Source: Sarea resinae (Eukaryota). From it: a stretch of 64,000 nt of DNA. The notes beneath the pieces are model-generated. The model saw only the letters and a program-made list of their open reading frames with translations. It was not told where the DNA came from and ran no database searches. The DNA lies in assembly GCA_026026165.1 (NCBI GenBank), contig JAPEUD010000048.1, positions 1-64,000 of the forward strand. Reading direction: 5' to 3'. A program made the position numbers and the translations under genes. The stretch's first letter is position 1. The number at the start of each line of letters is the position of its first letter. Of the stretch, positions 50,520 through 63,457 are shown one piece after another.

Positions 50520-51522
50520 ATTCCAAGGAGCGTGCGTGCGTACGACGTGGTAATCTCGGAAAAACATGAATGGCATTGAGTGGCATCCGGGTCTGGTTGG
50601 GTGGGGGATCTTACTCGGGTCCTTTTCGCTCGAAAACGAAGCTTAGCACCAGGTAGCGATAACCAATCCAGCCCAGTCGCATCACGGCTGAAGCTTATTA
50701 CCTAGTACGTCCTAAGGTCTGGATGCCTCGAGGTAGTTCCTCGTTGGTTTGGCCATAGGCAACGGCCACCCTCAACCCACCCGGATCCGTGCTGTCTTAT
50801 TATCATGTACTACGCGAACAGCTCGATCGAGTGATGGATGGCTCGAATGCTGAACGAGATGCATCCATCGAGATGCATCGAAGATGGCGTTTGGCGGCGG
50901 GTTTGTAGTAGGATTAAAGTACTGTTAGAATCCAATGCAGGGCGGTCCGACTCGAGTCCCGAGAGTGGGAGAGACCCGTCCAATGGATGTAGTCGAGGTG
51001 TTCCTGCTCGGGCCGTCCCGTGGCGGCGTAGCAAGTACGAAGGACCCAGGTGAGTGAGCCCGGATTGAAAGTCCTGTAAGCCAGGTGGAGGCTGAAGGCC
51101 GCTTGTTTACGACGTAGTACCTCAGTAGCCCTACCTACCTACCTTAGGTACTAGTACCTTAGCTACTTCAGAATTGTAGGTACCTCAGGTATCCATCCGG
51201 TGTGATAGAGTAGTGGGCCTACGGGTACTGTACGAGGCACGAATACATAGGCGGTGCAGTACTGCGAGCTGAGATGGATACATCCATGTATCGATGTGAT
51301 AATCCTTTGATAATGGATGTGCTCCAGCCGTGCTGACTGACTTAGGTAGGTAGGTAGGTTGGTTGGTGAGACTGGCGCGAATGAGATCCGCGTGCGATGG
51401 ATTAGACGACATCAATGAATTCAACGTCGATGCGCATCTGCATACCCCTGACCCTGGCCCCCTGACCGCAGTACTCGTACTCTAGGCCATCTAATCTCTG
51501 TCCAACCTGCCCGTTGCGGGTA

Positions 51523-51573
51523 ATGGATCATGGATGGATCATGGATGGATCATGGATGGATCATGGATGGATC
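51523..51573. repeat. 11-bp minisatellite (ATGGATCATGG)x~4.5; a second 12-bp array (ATACACCAAGCC)x3 at ~51853-51891
   Basis: Direct reading of tandem units in the MFS-TF intergenic region. Confidence 0.85.
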
Positions 51574-53519
51574 AAGATTGGCGGAAGTATACGAGGGAGG
51601 AGGGATGTGAAGGGTCAAGGGCACCTCCGAGATACGTACGAAGGGAAGTAGAGTGCGGAGTAGGGTAGGCACTCCTCATAGTACTCTGTATGTACGAAGT
51701 ACTCTGTAAATTCCCCCCGTACCGAATACTTTGTACCTGTCAAACGCACAACGTGCGTAGGCGGTAGGCGCTACGTGTCGCCCTATTTGCCTGCCCTCCA
51801 GGGCTGTTCCCCAGGGCTGTTCGCCTCCAGCTTGGCTCCTGCATGACAAGCGATACACCAAGCCATACACCAAGCCATACACCAAGCCATACGACGCTAC
51901 CACGATCACCATCAAGCACTTGATGTCCGGGTCGGATCAGGGCAGACCGTTTTTAGTGTTGAGTGCAGGTGGGGCCTGCCGGTCCCCTTCCATTCGAAAG
52001 GCGAAACTCATAGCGTGGGTATGTACTCTACTCCACTCGTAGACCCTTAGCGTGTACAAAATACAGTAAGACCGTTGGAATGCATCGACCAGGTCGGCAG
52101 AGGCGCTGCATTCAACCTCTACGCTGTAGAGTAGACTACTCTAGCTGCCTGCGCACATGGCCCGTGCCCCCCGCCTGCAAGGCCCGCCATCGAATTCGAG
52201 TCGGCCTCAGCCGAACCGGACCAATTCCGATGAGAGGACATCGAGCCGGCACCGATGGACATGTACGACCACGCCAATGGCAATGACGGGGCGTCGTCCT
52301 GAGTCAAGAGAGGGTGGGAAGTCGAACCTGTCGTGACCGCCAACATGATGGGATGAAGTCCAGCCAAGATAGACACGACGCCAAGGAGTCTGCACGATGC
52401 GGACCGGGTGGGGAAGGGAGCAGAGGACCTACATGGTAGGAACATGACTACATGACTACATACTACGTACGCTTTCGACCACGCGCTTGACGCATAGCCG
52501 GGGCCGCAGCTGGCCTTGCAAGGTAGTTATCAGTGACGAGCCAGGCTGAACTCGCAGCCAGACAGCTAGAGTAGATTCGCGGCGAGAAGACGAGCTAACT
52601 TGGCAGGTGGCCAGCGTTCGAGTCAGGGCAGGCCGATCGTAAGGGTCCTCCAACGATGATGACTGACGATCGCTGCCGAATGGCGTTGCACCTAGCCGGG
52701 GAGCGACAACGTTCCCGATCAATGTTCCTGAACAACGCGCGTATGGAGTCGAGCTGGCAGTCCTGGAGGCGTGTGATATCTCACGAATCAGCTGACCGAG
52801 GAGCAGACCTGACCACAGCCCGAGGCAATCCGGGGCTCCATCGGAAGAATTCAGTGGACGTCACGGCCATGGGCACCGACAAGCCGACCAAGAAGCCGAT
52901 GGCTCGGGTGAGGGACCGTATTTCCTACGAGTCTAGAGTCAAACGTTGCGTGCTTCACATAGCCAACAACAGACTTCTTTCTACTATGGTAGAACTAAAC
53001 GACAGACTCCATCCTAGAGCCAATAAGACACTTCATCCTAGAACCAACAAAAGCCATCGTCCCCAAGACCAACAAGCGACATCACGACGTCTGACCCGCT
53101 TCTAATCCGTACATCCGCTACGATCAACCAATGGCAGAGAGCAGATCGCAAGCGCTCGCTCAGCTAAGCCCGTTTATTGTGGAACAAAGTCAGCAGGAAT
53201 TCGATCAGATAGTGAAGATAAGGGCCTCGGGCTCTGGGAAAGCAATGACTCGGTCAAAGGAACCATGTTCATCTTGGACGGTTCCCCCCACAGAGTCGTG
53301 AGCTTCCCATGGACCAACAAGGCATCAAGACGTCTGACCCTGCCTATGATATGTACTCCAGCCACGATCGTCCAACTGCAAAGGGCATATCGTGTATGCT
53401 CACTCATCCACACCCGTACATGGCAGGGGAAGGTTACCTGGAGCAATCGACGTTGCCGATAAGCCAAATGGGAGCCTGGAGACCTGAGCAAGGTACCTTT
53501 TGGTCCATAGCTCAAACTA

Positions 53520-55247
53520 ATGCTCATGGTGCTCGATATGATCTATGATATAATCCTCTTTCTATTGTGCAAATACACCTTTCCAGCTGTTCATTCAATG
53601 GAAGTCCATGGCAAAGTCAGAGCATCAGCCCAGAAGCGGCTGGCCTGCGACCGCTGCCATGCTCGCAAATTACGCTGCCTGCGCAACAATTCAATGTCCA
53701 AGTGCAGTCGTTGCCTCCAAGACGGCTGTATCTGTACCTATAGCCCACCGCTGAAGTCAGGACGGCCCAAAAAAACCCGCTCCCCGGCAGCAGATATTGT
53801 TGTGAATAGAAATGACAATGATCAGAACGTCTGCCCCGACTCCATGGACGGAGAATGGCAGTCTCTGCTCAACTCTGATGAGGACAGCCATAGCCTGTCT
53901 AGCGGCGGCGGCGGCAATGGGAGCAGACACGGCAGCAGCATCATCAACAGCAACGGCAGCGATGTTGCGCCCTCGTTGCTGTCATATCTGTCTCATCTTG
54001 ATCCGGCCCTGGAAGCCGGGCATGCCAGTACTTGTATGGTTCCATCACCCGAAATCAATTCGTTATATCACGCAGATGCTACGAACGCCAGTTTCCCTCC
54101 GACGCCGATGCCTTCCATCTCTTTTGCAACCCCGGACAGCTTCATGTGGTCCGACCTTCTGACGAACGACGAAGGCCAATCCTCGTCTTCTTCCGACCTT
54201 CATCCCTCTCAGCACAGCGGCCGAATCCACTTTCACCGCAGCGATGACAACGACAACAATCGTGACCACAGGAGTCTACAGACACCACCGGATGACGATG
54301 ATTGTGGCAAAGATGTGCCCTGGGATTGCGGCCTGGGGAGCGCAGGCTCCAGCTTCCCTCACGCGTCCAATACGCCGAGTCGCACGGCATCGGGAGAGTA
54401 TGGCATGGTTTGCAATGACAACACCAACACCAATAGCAAGGGCGACTGCGGTATCTCCGAGACGTTAGGAAAGCTTTCACGATTACAGCAGGACCTTGTA
54501 CAGTTCGCGAGACCGCCTTCAGAGGATAGCGACAGTAGCGGTACGCCGACTAGCAATGGGCAGGAGAGAAGGCGAGGCCAGGGGGGAAGGCAACGAGCTT
54601 GCCCACCGGATCCGGTCAAGGCCATTCTTAAGCCCGGCCAGGAGCTTCTCGACATCGTCCGCGAGCTGCTCTCGAAATGTCATCAGGACGAGAATGGATA
54701 TTCAGTTCCATCACGGACACCCTTCGCTCAGCAAACGGTCCTCCTTGCGGTTCTAACCCCATTATCATTATTATTGTCGATATACAGCCAGCTGCTGAGG
54801 GAAATTGCGGCGGCCATGACTCAACACGAATCCGGCCACAGCATCAATTCCAGCAGTCGTGGTGCTACTGGCACTGATCCATCTCGTCCCTTCCTGGAAA
54901 CCATGCCTCCTTCATCCACTGAACTTCGCACCCATCATCGTGGTCAGCAGCAGCAGCAGCAGCAGAAGCAAAAACAGCATCAACGCGACAGCCGCACCCT
55001 CATCCCCAATAACCTCAATCTAACTCTGGGCGAGATGAAACTGGACCAACCACTACAGCTCATCCTTATCGCAACGATCATCAATCGCCATTGCATCTAC
55101 CTCGAGCACGCCCTTCACGTATACCATATTCGACACGCGCAGTGTAGCGCCTCGCACGGCATATCGGAACGGTTATTCCTGACCGTCGGCAGCGAGATGA
55201 AGGGGACGCTCAAGGTGCTCATGTCGGAAGCTAGAGACCTCTTATAG
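53520..55247 (+). CDS. Zn(II)2Cys6 transcription factor, probable cluster regulator (likely start at ATG 53598)
   Basis: ACDRCHARKLRC...KCSRC...CICTYS...GRP binuclear cluster; Ser/Gln-rich body with a polyQ tract. Confidence 0.9.
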   Translation: MLMVLDMIYDIILFLLCKYTFPAVHSMEVHGKVRASAQKRLACDRCHARKLRCLRNNSMSKCSRCLQDGCICTYSPPLKSGRPKKTRSPAADIVVNRNDNDQNVCPDSMDGEWQSLLNSDEDSHSLSSGGGGNGSRHGSSIINSNGSDVAPSLLSYLSHLDPALEAGHASTCMVPSPEINSLYHADATNASFPPTPMPSISFATPDSFMWSDLLTNDEGQSSSSSDLHPSQHSGRIHFHRSDDNDNNRDHRSLQTPPDDDDCGKDVPWDCGLGSAGSSFPHASNTPSRTASGEYGMVCNDNTNTNSKGDCGISETLGKLSRLQQDLVQFARPPSEDSDSSGTPTSNGQERRRGQGGRQRACPPDPVKAILKPGQELLDIVRELLSKCHQDENGYSVPSRTPFAQQTVLLAVLTPLSLLLSIYSQLLREIAAAMTQHESGHSINSSSRGATGTDPSRPFLETMPPSSTELRTHHRGQQQQQQQKQKQHQRDSRTLIPNNLNLTLGEMKLDQPLQLILIATIINRHCIYLEHALHVYHIRHAQCSASHGISERLFLTVGSEMKGTLKVLMSEARDLL

Positions 55248-56458
55248 AGCGCACATTTCGAGCTAGAATCTAGAACTAGAGCTCCTCTGTTTACGTTTTT
55301 TCCTTACTGTCCTTCTTGTTGCGTGAAACTTTACTGTCATTCTTATATCCATCATGTTGGGCTGTATAGAGTACATAGTTCGATAGTGCGAAGGTTCGGG
55401 GTATGGAGAGGTCTGTTATATGGCGTTCTGTGGCTCAGGGCAGGAGGATTGGCGGCGCCCAGTCGGAGAATGCAGCGGTACACAGGAATTGCGCAACAGT
55501 ATAAATTCTCTATTCTTTTCCCTTTGTTTCAGGTCGCGCCGCTCTGGGGGCATTGAGGCGGCCGAACTACTGCGCTGCGGGAAGGATTTCGTACTGCTTT
55601 TCTCAGATACACGATCTAGAAATCTACATATACACCATCACATAAAGCAAAACAAACAGAATTGCCATAGCGCAGTACCTGATTCGACCCCACTAGCTTC
55701 ATTCACATCGACAACCGAATTCAAATCGACAATCACACGTTACGCACCACAATCCAGTCAGTAGTGAGACTCCAAAGCCATCCACCACCAACTCGGCCCC
55801 AAAGGAAATGCGCAGTCGTAATTATGTCCTGTACAGGACGCTTGCTCTCCCTCCACCAACTTGGCAACCAAGTAAGCCGCCTACCAATCAGGCTGAAATG
55901 GCCGTGTGTTGGTATGGTGGTGTTTTGGCCCCGGGAGCGAGCCCGCCAAGCTGAGTAGTGGCTGCTATAATACACAGACAGGCACTACAGTACAGGTACT
56001 CTTCGTACAACCTTAGCCACCTAGGCTTCCTACCTACGTAGTAGGCATCACGGAAAACCCGCCGAGAGTAAGTTGGGAGTGGAATCGCTCCATTCAATGC
56101 CCCGTCTCTTCCCCCCCTCCCCCCCATGTCAATTGAAATTAAGGCTGACGATCAGAGAGGGAAACGTGTGCATTTGACGGATCATGGATCTGTCATATCG
56201 TCGGCCTGATGCATGCGTGGCCAGGGCCGCCCGGGGGTTCAGGGAACACACGACTAGCTAGCTAGCTAGTACCTGAATATATATGTCCAGCTCGCGCAAG
56301 GAAGATCAAATGAGAAGAATGTTTTCCATCCCACGTCTCATCTCTCTCTCTCTCAGTTTCGCATCCTATACCAGGATACCGACCTTTCCCAATTGACTTG
56401 AATTGACTTCGGGTGGTGCGCCCTCCGGAGCAGCGCTGTGCCAGAAGGCAAGGAAGCC

Positions 56459-59104
56459 ATGGTTTGGTCTGGGGTTTTTGCCCTCTTGGCGGCGGTGCAA
56501 TTCGCCGCGTCTACTGCTACGGCTACGGCTACAGGCGCGGGAACCTCCAATTCATGTAAGCCTCAAGAAGATGCGCAATCAACGACTCCCTATCCTTACT
56601 GTCTAATGGCAATGTACGGGACTTCAGTCGCCGGCGAATATACTGACGCTTCCGTTTCTCTCTGATCCTAAAAGCCCCGGGACTGAACGAGACGCAATGG
56701 CTCGCATCGCGCGCGCAGGCCGAGGCATGGGTCGGCCAGATGAACCTGACGGAAAAGGCGGCCATCGTGACGGGTTCGTTGACGGGCACGTGCATGGCGT
56801 ATGTGGCGCCCGTCGAGAGTGTCGGCTTCGGCGGGCTGTGCATCCAGGATGGGCCGGCGGCGATCCGGCTGGCGCAGCTGGCCAGCGTGTTTCCGTCCGG
56901 CCTCACCGTGGCTGCGACCTGGGATCGGGACTTGATGTATCAGCGAGGCAGCGCGCTGGCGGCGGAATTTAAGGGGAAGGGGGCGCATGTGATGCTAGGG
57001 TATGGAATTGTTTCCTTTTCCTTTCTCTTGAGGGGCGTTTTCGGACCTCTTCGAGGAATGTTTGCTGGTGCATTTGATCTGACTGTACACTCTTTGCAGT
57101 CCGATTGCTGGTCCGCTAGGCCGCAGTCCCCTTGGCGGTCGCAACTGGGAAGGCTTCTCGCCGGATCCTTTCCTGACCGGCGTGGCAATGGATCAGACCA
57201 TCCGAGCCGTCCAGGAAGGAGGGGTCCAGGCCAACGCCAAACATTTCATCGGCAACGAACAGGAAACGCAGAGAAAGGCCGGCACCATCGACAACCAAAC
57301 CGTGGATGCGGTCTCGTCCAATATCGATGATCGGACCCTCCACGAGCTGTACCTCTGGCCCTTTGCGGATGCGGTTCGTGCCGGAGTGGCCAGCGTGACC
57401 TGCGCATACAACCGGGTCAATATGAGCTACAGCTGTCAGAACGAGCATCTATTGACCGACATCCTTAAGGGAGAGCTCGGCTTCGACGGCTGGGTGGTCT
57501 CTGATTACATGGCGACCATGTCCGGCGTCGACTCCGCGGCCTCCGGCCTGGACATGAACCAGCCCGGGCCCATCTCGGGCACCGACTTGACTCAGACGTA
57601 CTGGGGCTCCAACCTGGTGGTCGCGGTTCAGAACGGATCACTCCCAGAAGCTCGCCTGGATGACATGGCCCGACGGATCCTGACCCCGTATCTGTACCTC
57701 GGACAAAACTCTTCGGATTTCCCTACTCTCGATCCGTCCTCGCCGTATCTCACCCTGCAGAACTTTGGTGTCATTACGGGCTCGGAGCTTCTGAAGCCGG
57801 GAACGCTCACGCCCACGGGCCGTGATGTTCGCGGGAACCACTCGGCGTTGATTCGAACCCTGGCCGCAGCCGGAAGCGTGTTGTTGAAGAACGTGAACAA
57901 TACGCTGCCGCTTAAAGCGCCGGGCAATATTGGAGTTTTCGGTGACGATGCCGCCGATGTCAACACGGGCCAAGCGAATCCGAATGCAGGGTACGACATC
58001 GGCACCGTGGTGATCGGTGGTGGATCGGGAGGGGGGCGCAACAGTTTCCTCGTGTCCCCATTAGAGGCCATCAAGGCGCGCGCGAGGCAGACGGGGGCGA
58101 CGGTGCAGTACATCACCAACAACACCGCCCTCACGTCCGGCGAGCCCAACACCATCTACCCGTGGCCGGACATCTGCCTCGTCTTCTTGAAGACGTGGGA
58201 GACGGAGGGAGAGGACCGCACCACGCTCGAGGCCGACAACAACTCGACGGCCGTAGTGGAATACGTCGCCACTCTGTGTCCAGGCAAGACGGTCGTCATC
58301 ACGCATTCAGGCTGCCCCAACACAATGCCGTGGGCGTCGAACCCGAACGTCGTGGCCATCATCGCGGCGCACTACCCGGGCGAGGAGAGCGGCAATTCCA
58401 TCGTCGACGTGCTCTGGGGCGACGTGAACCCTTCCGGGCGCCTGCCGTACACGATCGCGGCCAATGCATCCGACTATGGCACCTCGATCCTCAACGTCAG
58501 CGGCAGCGACGCGACGGCGTCCTGGGCCTGGCAGAGCAACTTCACCGAGGGGCTGCTGATCGACTACCGGCACTTTGACGCCAGCGCGATCGCGCCGCTG
58601 TACGAGTTCGGCTACGGACTGAGCTACACGACCTTTGCCCTGGCATCAAATCTCTCGCTCTCGTCGGTTTCTAGTAATAGTAGCAGTAACAGTAGTCGGA
58701 CGACGTCGCTCTACCCCGCCGTGGCCGCCAATGGCAGCAATGGCAGCAATGGCAGCACGCTCGCCCTCGGCGGCAACCCCGACCTCTGGACGACGCTGGT
58801 GACGGGGGCGACGTCGGTGCGCAACACGGGCTCGGTGGCTGGGGCGGCGGTGGTGCAGCTCTACGTGTCGCTGCCGGCGGATGGGGTGCCCGCGGGGACG
58901 CCGGTGCGGGTGCTGCGCGGCTTCGAGAAGGTGGCGCTGCAGGCGGGCGAGACGCAGGCGGTGTCGTTTGGGTTGACGCGCCGCGATCTCAGCTACTGGG
59001 ACGTGGGGGCGCAGGACTGGCGGATCCCGCGGGGGGCGATCGAGATCCGCGTCGGGTTCAGCTCGCGGGATCTGCCGCTGGCGTCGACGGTGACGTTGAT
59101 CTGA
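56459..59104 (+). CDS. Secreted glycoside hydrolase family 3 beta-glucosidase, multi-exon
   Basis: Signal peptide MVWSGVFALLAAVQFAA; QDGP, GGRNWEGF, KHFIGNEQE, ELGFDGWVVSDY (nucleophile Asp), EGEDR, PSGRLPYT, EGLLIDYRHFD, FGYGLSYT, fibronectin-III tail LRGFEK...DLSYWD. Confidence 0.95.
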
Positions 59105-59991
59105 TCGAGTCGCTTTTCTTTGTTTCTCATCTATGTAGTAGACTACCGATCTGACCTTGCATGGTCAAGCCGTATTTCCATCATGTATATAGAGGGAATT
59201 ACTGTGCCAGAGAAGGGGAAAAGGGGAAAAGGGGAAAAGGGGCGAGACGACGAGGAATGATGAAAGGGGCTGTAGAAGAGACAAGAGACAAGAGACAACA
59301 GACAAGAGACAAGAGACAACAATGGAACACTCTCTCTCTCTCTGTGCCTCGGCGCATTGGGCGGGACAAAGAAAGAACCCGCCGAGAGGGCGAGAGGGCC
59401 TGAGTGCCTGTCCATGGATGTATCATACCAGTACCATGTGTGTGGGGCTGACGAGGCAGTACCCGGCAGTACTCGGCGAGCCCAGGCACCCTCACCCAAC
59501 ACGCTGGTACCGCCATGTCGACAGTACGAGACCGCCCGAGCCCGGGTACCTCCCGATGACTCCCGCCGTAGCCTCCGCTGCTAGTACTCGATAGACTCGG
59601 CCCGGTCTCGATAGACGCGCCCCAGGGTCCAACAACAACATGGAGATACTTCGTACATGGCCATCAGGGCGCAAGGGAACAAAGGAACAAAGGTCACTCA
59701 CTCCCCCCGTGCTGACGGCCCTGCCAATACCCGCCGCGGCCCTCTATCCAACCTCCAACATCGCCAACCCGCCGCCCCAGACCTTGCTTGCTTCCCCTCA
59801 AGCTGACAGGACAAGGCCGAGGACTGACCTGTTCCCATCCTTTTTCTCGCTGCCCAGAACGACGACGACGACTACTGCTACTGCTATTACTATTGCATTA
59901 CAGGACCGAGAAGTGATCAGACATCTTCCAAAAGGCGACACGTTGAGGCGACACTCGAGGCTTTGCGTCAAGGCTTTCAGCATTGGACACC

Positions 59992-61734
59992 ATGAGTTCG
60001 TCGTCGGTGCATCCCCCCCGCAAGATCCTGCTGGTCGTGACCACGGGAGGCTTCACCCATGCCGGTAAGTGCTGCTGAATCAATTGCAAGGGTCAACTGT
60101 TGAGGAGACGCAACGTAATAGCTCCTGTGCTGGAGATTGGCCGGGTGCTCGCCGAGCGCGGACACACGATTGAATTCGCGACGCTGCAGGGCCAGGAGCG
60201 CTGGATCAACGCCGACGAATATGGATTCGTGTCCAAGCTCCATATTCTGGGCCCCAGTGCCACCGAGGAGCAGATGGACGCCCACTACCGGCGCATGCAA
60301 GCCTGGGACATCTCCAAGGGCCTAGGAGCGTCCATGGGCTCCAAGTACCTGTTCGACTCCTTCTGGCCGCAGACCTACCGCAGCCTCCGGGAGATCATGG
60401 ACGACCCCGCGCGCCGGCCCAGCATGATGATTGCCGATTTCTTCGTCGAGGCCGTCACCGACATCCATGTCGTGTACAAGCTGCCGATCGCCGTCGTGTG
60501 CCCCAACATGCCGTCGTTCATGCTGCCATGCTCCTACATCCCGGGCGAGCCGGGCTTCCAGCTGCCGGGCACCACGACCTCGGAGCATGCCTCCATGTGG
60601 CTGCGCATCCGGAACGAGCTGTTCTTCCTGCCCGACCTGCCGGCCGTCTTCACCATGATGAAGCGGACGAAGCAGATGCGGCGCGACAATGGCGTCGATT
60701 GGCCCATCCACAAGCCAAAGAAGCCCGACTATCTGATCTTTGTCAATTCCTTCTTTGGTCTGGAGATCCCGAGGGACCTGCCTCCGACCTGTGCCCCCGT
60801 GGGGCCGCTCCTGAGCCCAACGTATCCGCCACTGGATGCCAGCTGCGGCGCCTTCCTGGCCAAGCATCAGTCCGTCATGTACATTGCACTAGGCACGCAC
60901 ATCATCTTGCCGCACAAGGATGCCGTCAAGATCATCAACGGCGTCCTCCATCTGATGCGGGAGCGCTTGATTGACGGAGTCATCTGGGCCATCGGCAAGA
61001 GCGGCCGCCAGGACTTTGACCAGGACGCGACCTTTCCGGTCACGACCGCCGGCGACGAAAAGACCACCAGCGTGCGACTGGGCGACCTGCTGAGCGACCG
61101 CCACCCGGACTGGCTGTTCCCGTTCTTTGCGCCGCAGCGCGCCATCCTGGACCACGAATCGACCAAGCTCTATTTTACGCACGGCGGCGGCGCCAGCGCC
61201 AACGAGGCCCTCTTCCACGGCAAGGCCATCATCTCGATGGGCATCTTCTCGGACCAGATCGCCAACACGACGCGGCTGGTCGCGGGCGGCGTGGCCGAGT
61301 CGCTGAGCAAGTTCCACTTCACCGCCGACGAGCTGTACCAAAAGGCCAAGAAGATCCTCGAGGCGGGCGCGGACGGGCCGTACCAGCGCAACGTGCTGCG
61401 GCTGAAGCGGATCGCGCACGTGGCGGCGCGGCGCAAGCAGCACGCCGCCGACCTGGTCGAGGAGCTCATGTACGACAACGAGCTGCGGCTCAGCGACGAC
61501 GGCCGCCGCGAGCTGCAGCCAATGCACCTGCAGACGGCCGACATGCGCATGCCGGCCTGGAAGGCCAAGAACTGGGACCTCTTCGCCGTGGGCGTTTTGG
61601 GGTTGTCGGTTTTCGTCGGCTCGACCGTGCTGGCGGCGCACGCGCTGTGGCTGCATCGGGTGCCGCTGGTCGAGCGGGCCCGGTGGCTCGTTGCGGGCGG
61701 CTATGGACTTGTCAGGGGTGTTTTCAGCAAGTAG
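59992..61734 (+). CDS. UDP-glycosyltransferase (GT1/UDPGT family) with C-terminal transmembrane helix, one intron
   Basis: N-terminal ILLVVTTGGFTHA; UGT signature FAPQRAILDH...FTHGGGASANEALFHGK...FSDQ; hydrophobic C-terminal segment LFAVGVLGLSVFVGSTVLAA. Confidence 0.92.
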
Positions 61735-61764
61735 TCGTTGGTGCAAGTAGTCTTGACGTGTCTT

Positions 61765-62163
61765 CTTTCCTCTTTCCTCTTTCCTCTTTCCTCTTTCCTC
61801 TTTCCTCTGCTCTTCTCTTACCGAACCCTCCAACTACTCTATATCCTGCTTTCCTCTTTTTCCCTTTTCCTTAGACAGCTCTAGATAGAACAGCTAGCTA
61901 GTCCGCCGATACAAAAAACCCCTAAACAGAATCTCCTTGATCTTAATTTTTCCCGCTCGCCATAAGACCGCTGGGGAAAATCGACAACTCTCTACTTGGC
62001 CTACTCGTAACGTTTAAGGGCTTCTGGTGCTCTAGAGCTTAGGTTTTCAAGGTTACTTATAAGCTTTGGTTCGGTAGTGATAGTAGCACGAGCGGCTTGC
62101 TAGATAAAGAGAATACCTGTAGGTATCTATCTACTTAAGTTCAGGTATAGGTGCACACACACA

Positions 62164-62243
<80 letters not shown>

Positions 62244-62597
62244 TTCTATATTATACTGTAGAGTAGAGTAGAGTAGAGTAGAGTAGAGAAGAGAAGAGAA
62301 GAGAAGAGAAGAGAAGAGAAGAGAAGAGAAGAGAAGAGAAGAGAAGAGAAGAGAAGAGAAGAGAAAGGTAATTAGTAGCTTAAATTTCTATACTAATTCC
62401 ACGTCATCACTAATTATTCGTCGCTGATTTGTAGTACACTTTCTTTGTAGTAGACTTCTAAACCCTTGTAGAGAGTCTTATGTTTTTCTTGTATTAGTAT
62501 AGACTAGGTAGGTTAGGTTAGGTTGGGTTAGGTCTAGCGAGTTGTATAGATAGATATAGATAGATAGAAAGAGGAAGATAGATAGAGGTAGAGAGAT

Positions 62598-62632
<35 letters not shown>

Positions 62633-63125
62633 AGAGTGTACTTTATTCTACTATAAAATTTATTCTTCTTCTATTCGAGCTTCTTATACCTAGAAGAAGA
62701 AAGAAAAAAGAGAAGAAAAAAGAAAAGAAGAAGAAGAAGAAAAAGAAGTATCTATCTATCTAAGATTTTCTAGAGATTCTTATAGAGTAGTAATAGTAGT
62801 AGTAGTACTAAGATAAGGTAGGAGTAGGAAGATAAGATAATAGTAAGGTAAAGTAAGGTAAGGTAATAAGACTCTTAGTAGAAAAGGAAATAGATAGACT
62901 TCTAAAGAGAGAGAGAGAGAGAATTAAGAAAAAAAAAAGTAAGAGAGTAAGAGAGTAAGAGATTTATAGGTTCTAGGTTCTAGGTTCTAAGTCATAGAGC
63001 TATTAAGATAGAAACTACTAAGACTAAGAGGCTAGAAGACTAGTAAGATTAAGAGATAAAGGAAGAGAGAAAAAGAGATTAGAAGATAAGAAAGTAAGAA
63101 ACACTAATATATAAAGAGAGCTTAT

Positions 63126-63156
<31 letters not shown>

Positions 63157-63420
63157 TACTATTGTTCTAGATAAAGAAAGCAAAGAGCTTATAGTGCTTA
63201 AAGAGCTTAACTAACCTTACTAGTATAAACACTTTAAACACTCTTAACATTTTACAGCTTAGAATGTCTAAAACATCTAAGAGTTTTCTACCTTATAGTA
63301 TCTAGAAGAGTAATTCTATCTAACTTTGCTTGAGTTTCAAAGAGAGACTAGACTAGACTACGTAGAGAGATAGATACAGCGATAAGAGTACCTGTCTCTT
63401 CTATCTCTCTTTCTTTTCTT
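61765..63420. repeat. AT-rich block dense in microsatellites: (TTTCCTC)n, (CA)n(CT)n(AT)n, (GTAGA)n/(GAAGA)n, (AG)n, (TAG)n
   Basis: Direct reading, e.g. (CT)n at ~62166-62229 and pentamer arrays at ~62258-62364; TpA-rich and no ORFs. Confidence 0.9.
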
Positions 63421-63457
63421 CTGCACTAATATTATATTGTACGCTGTAGCTAATTGA

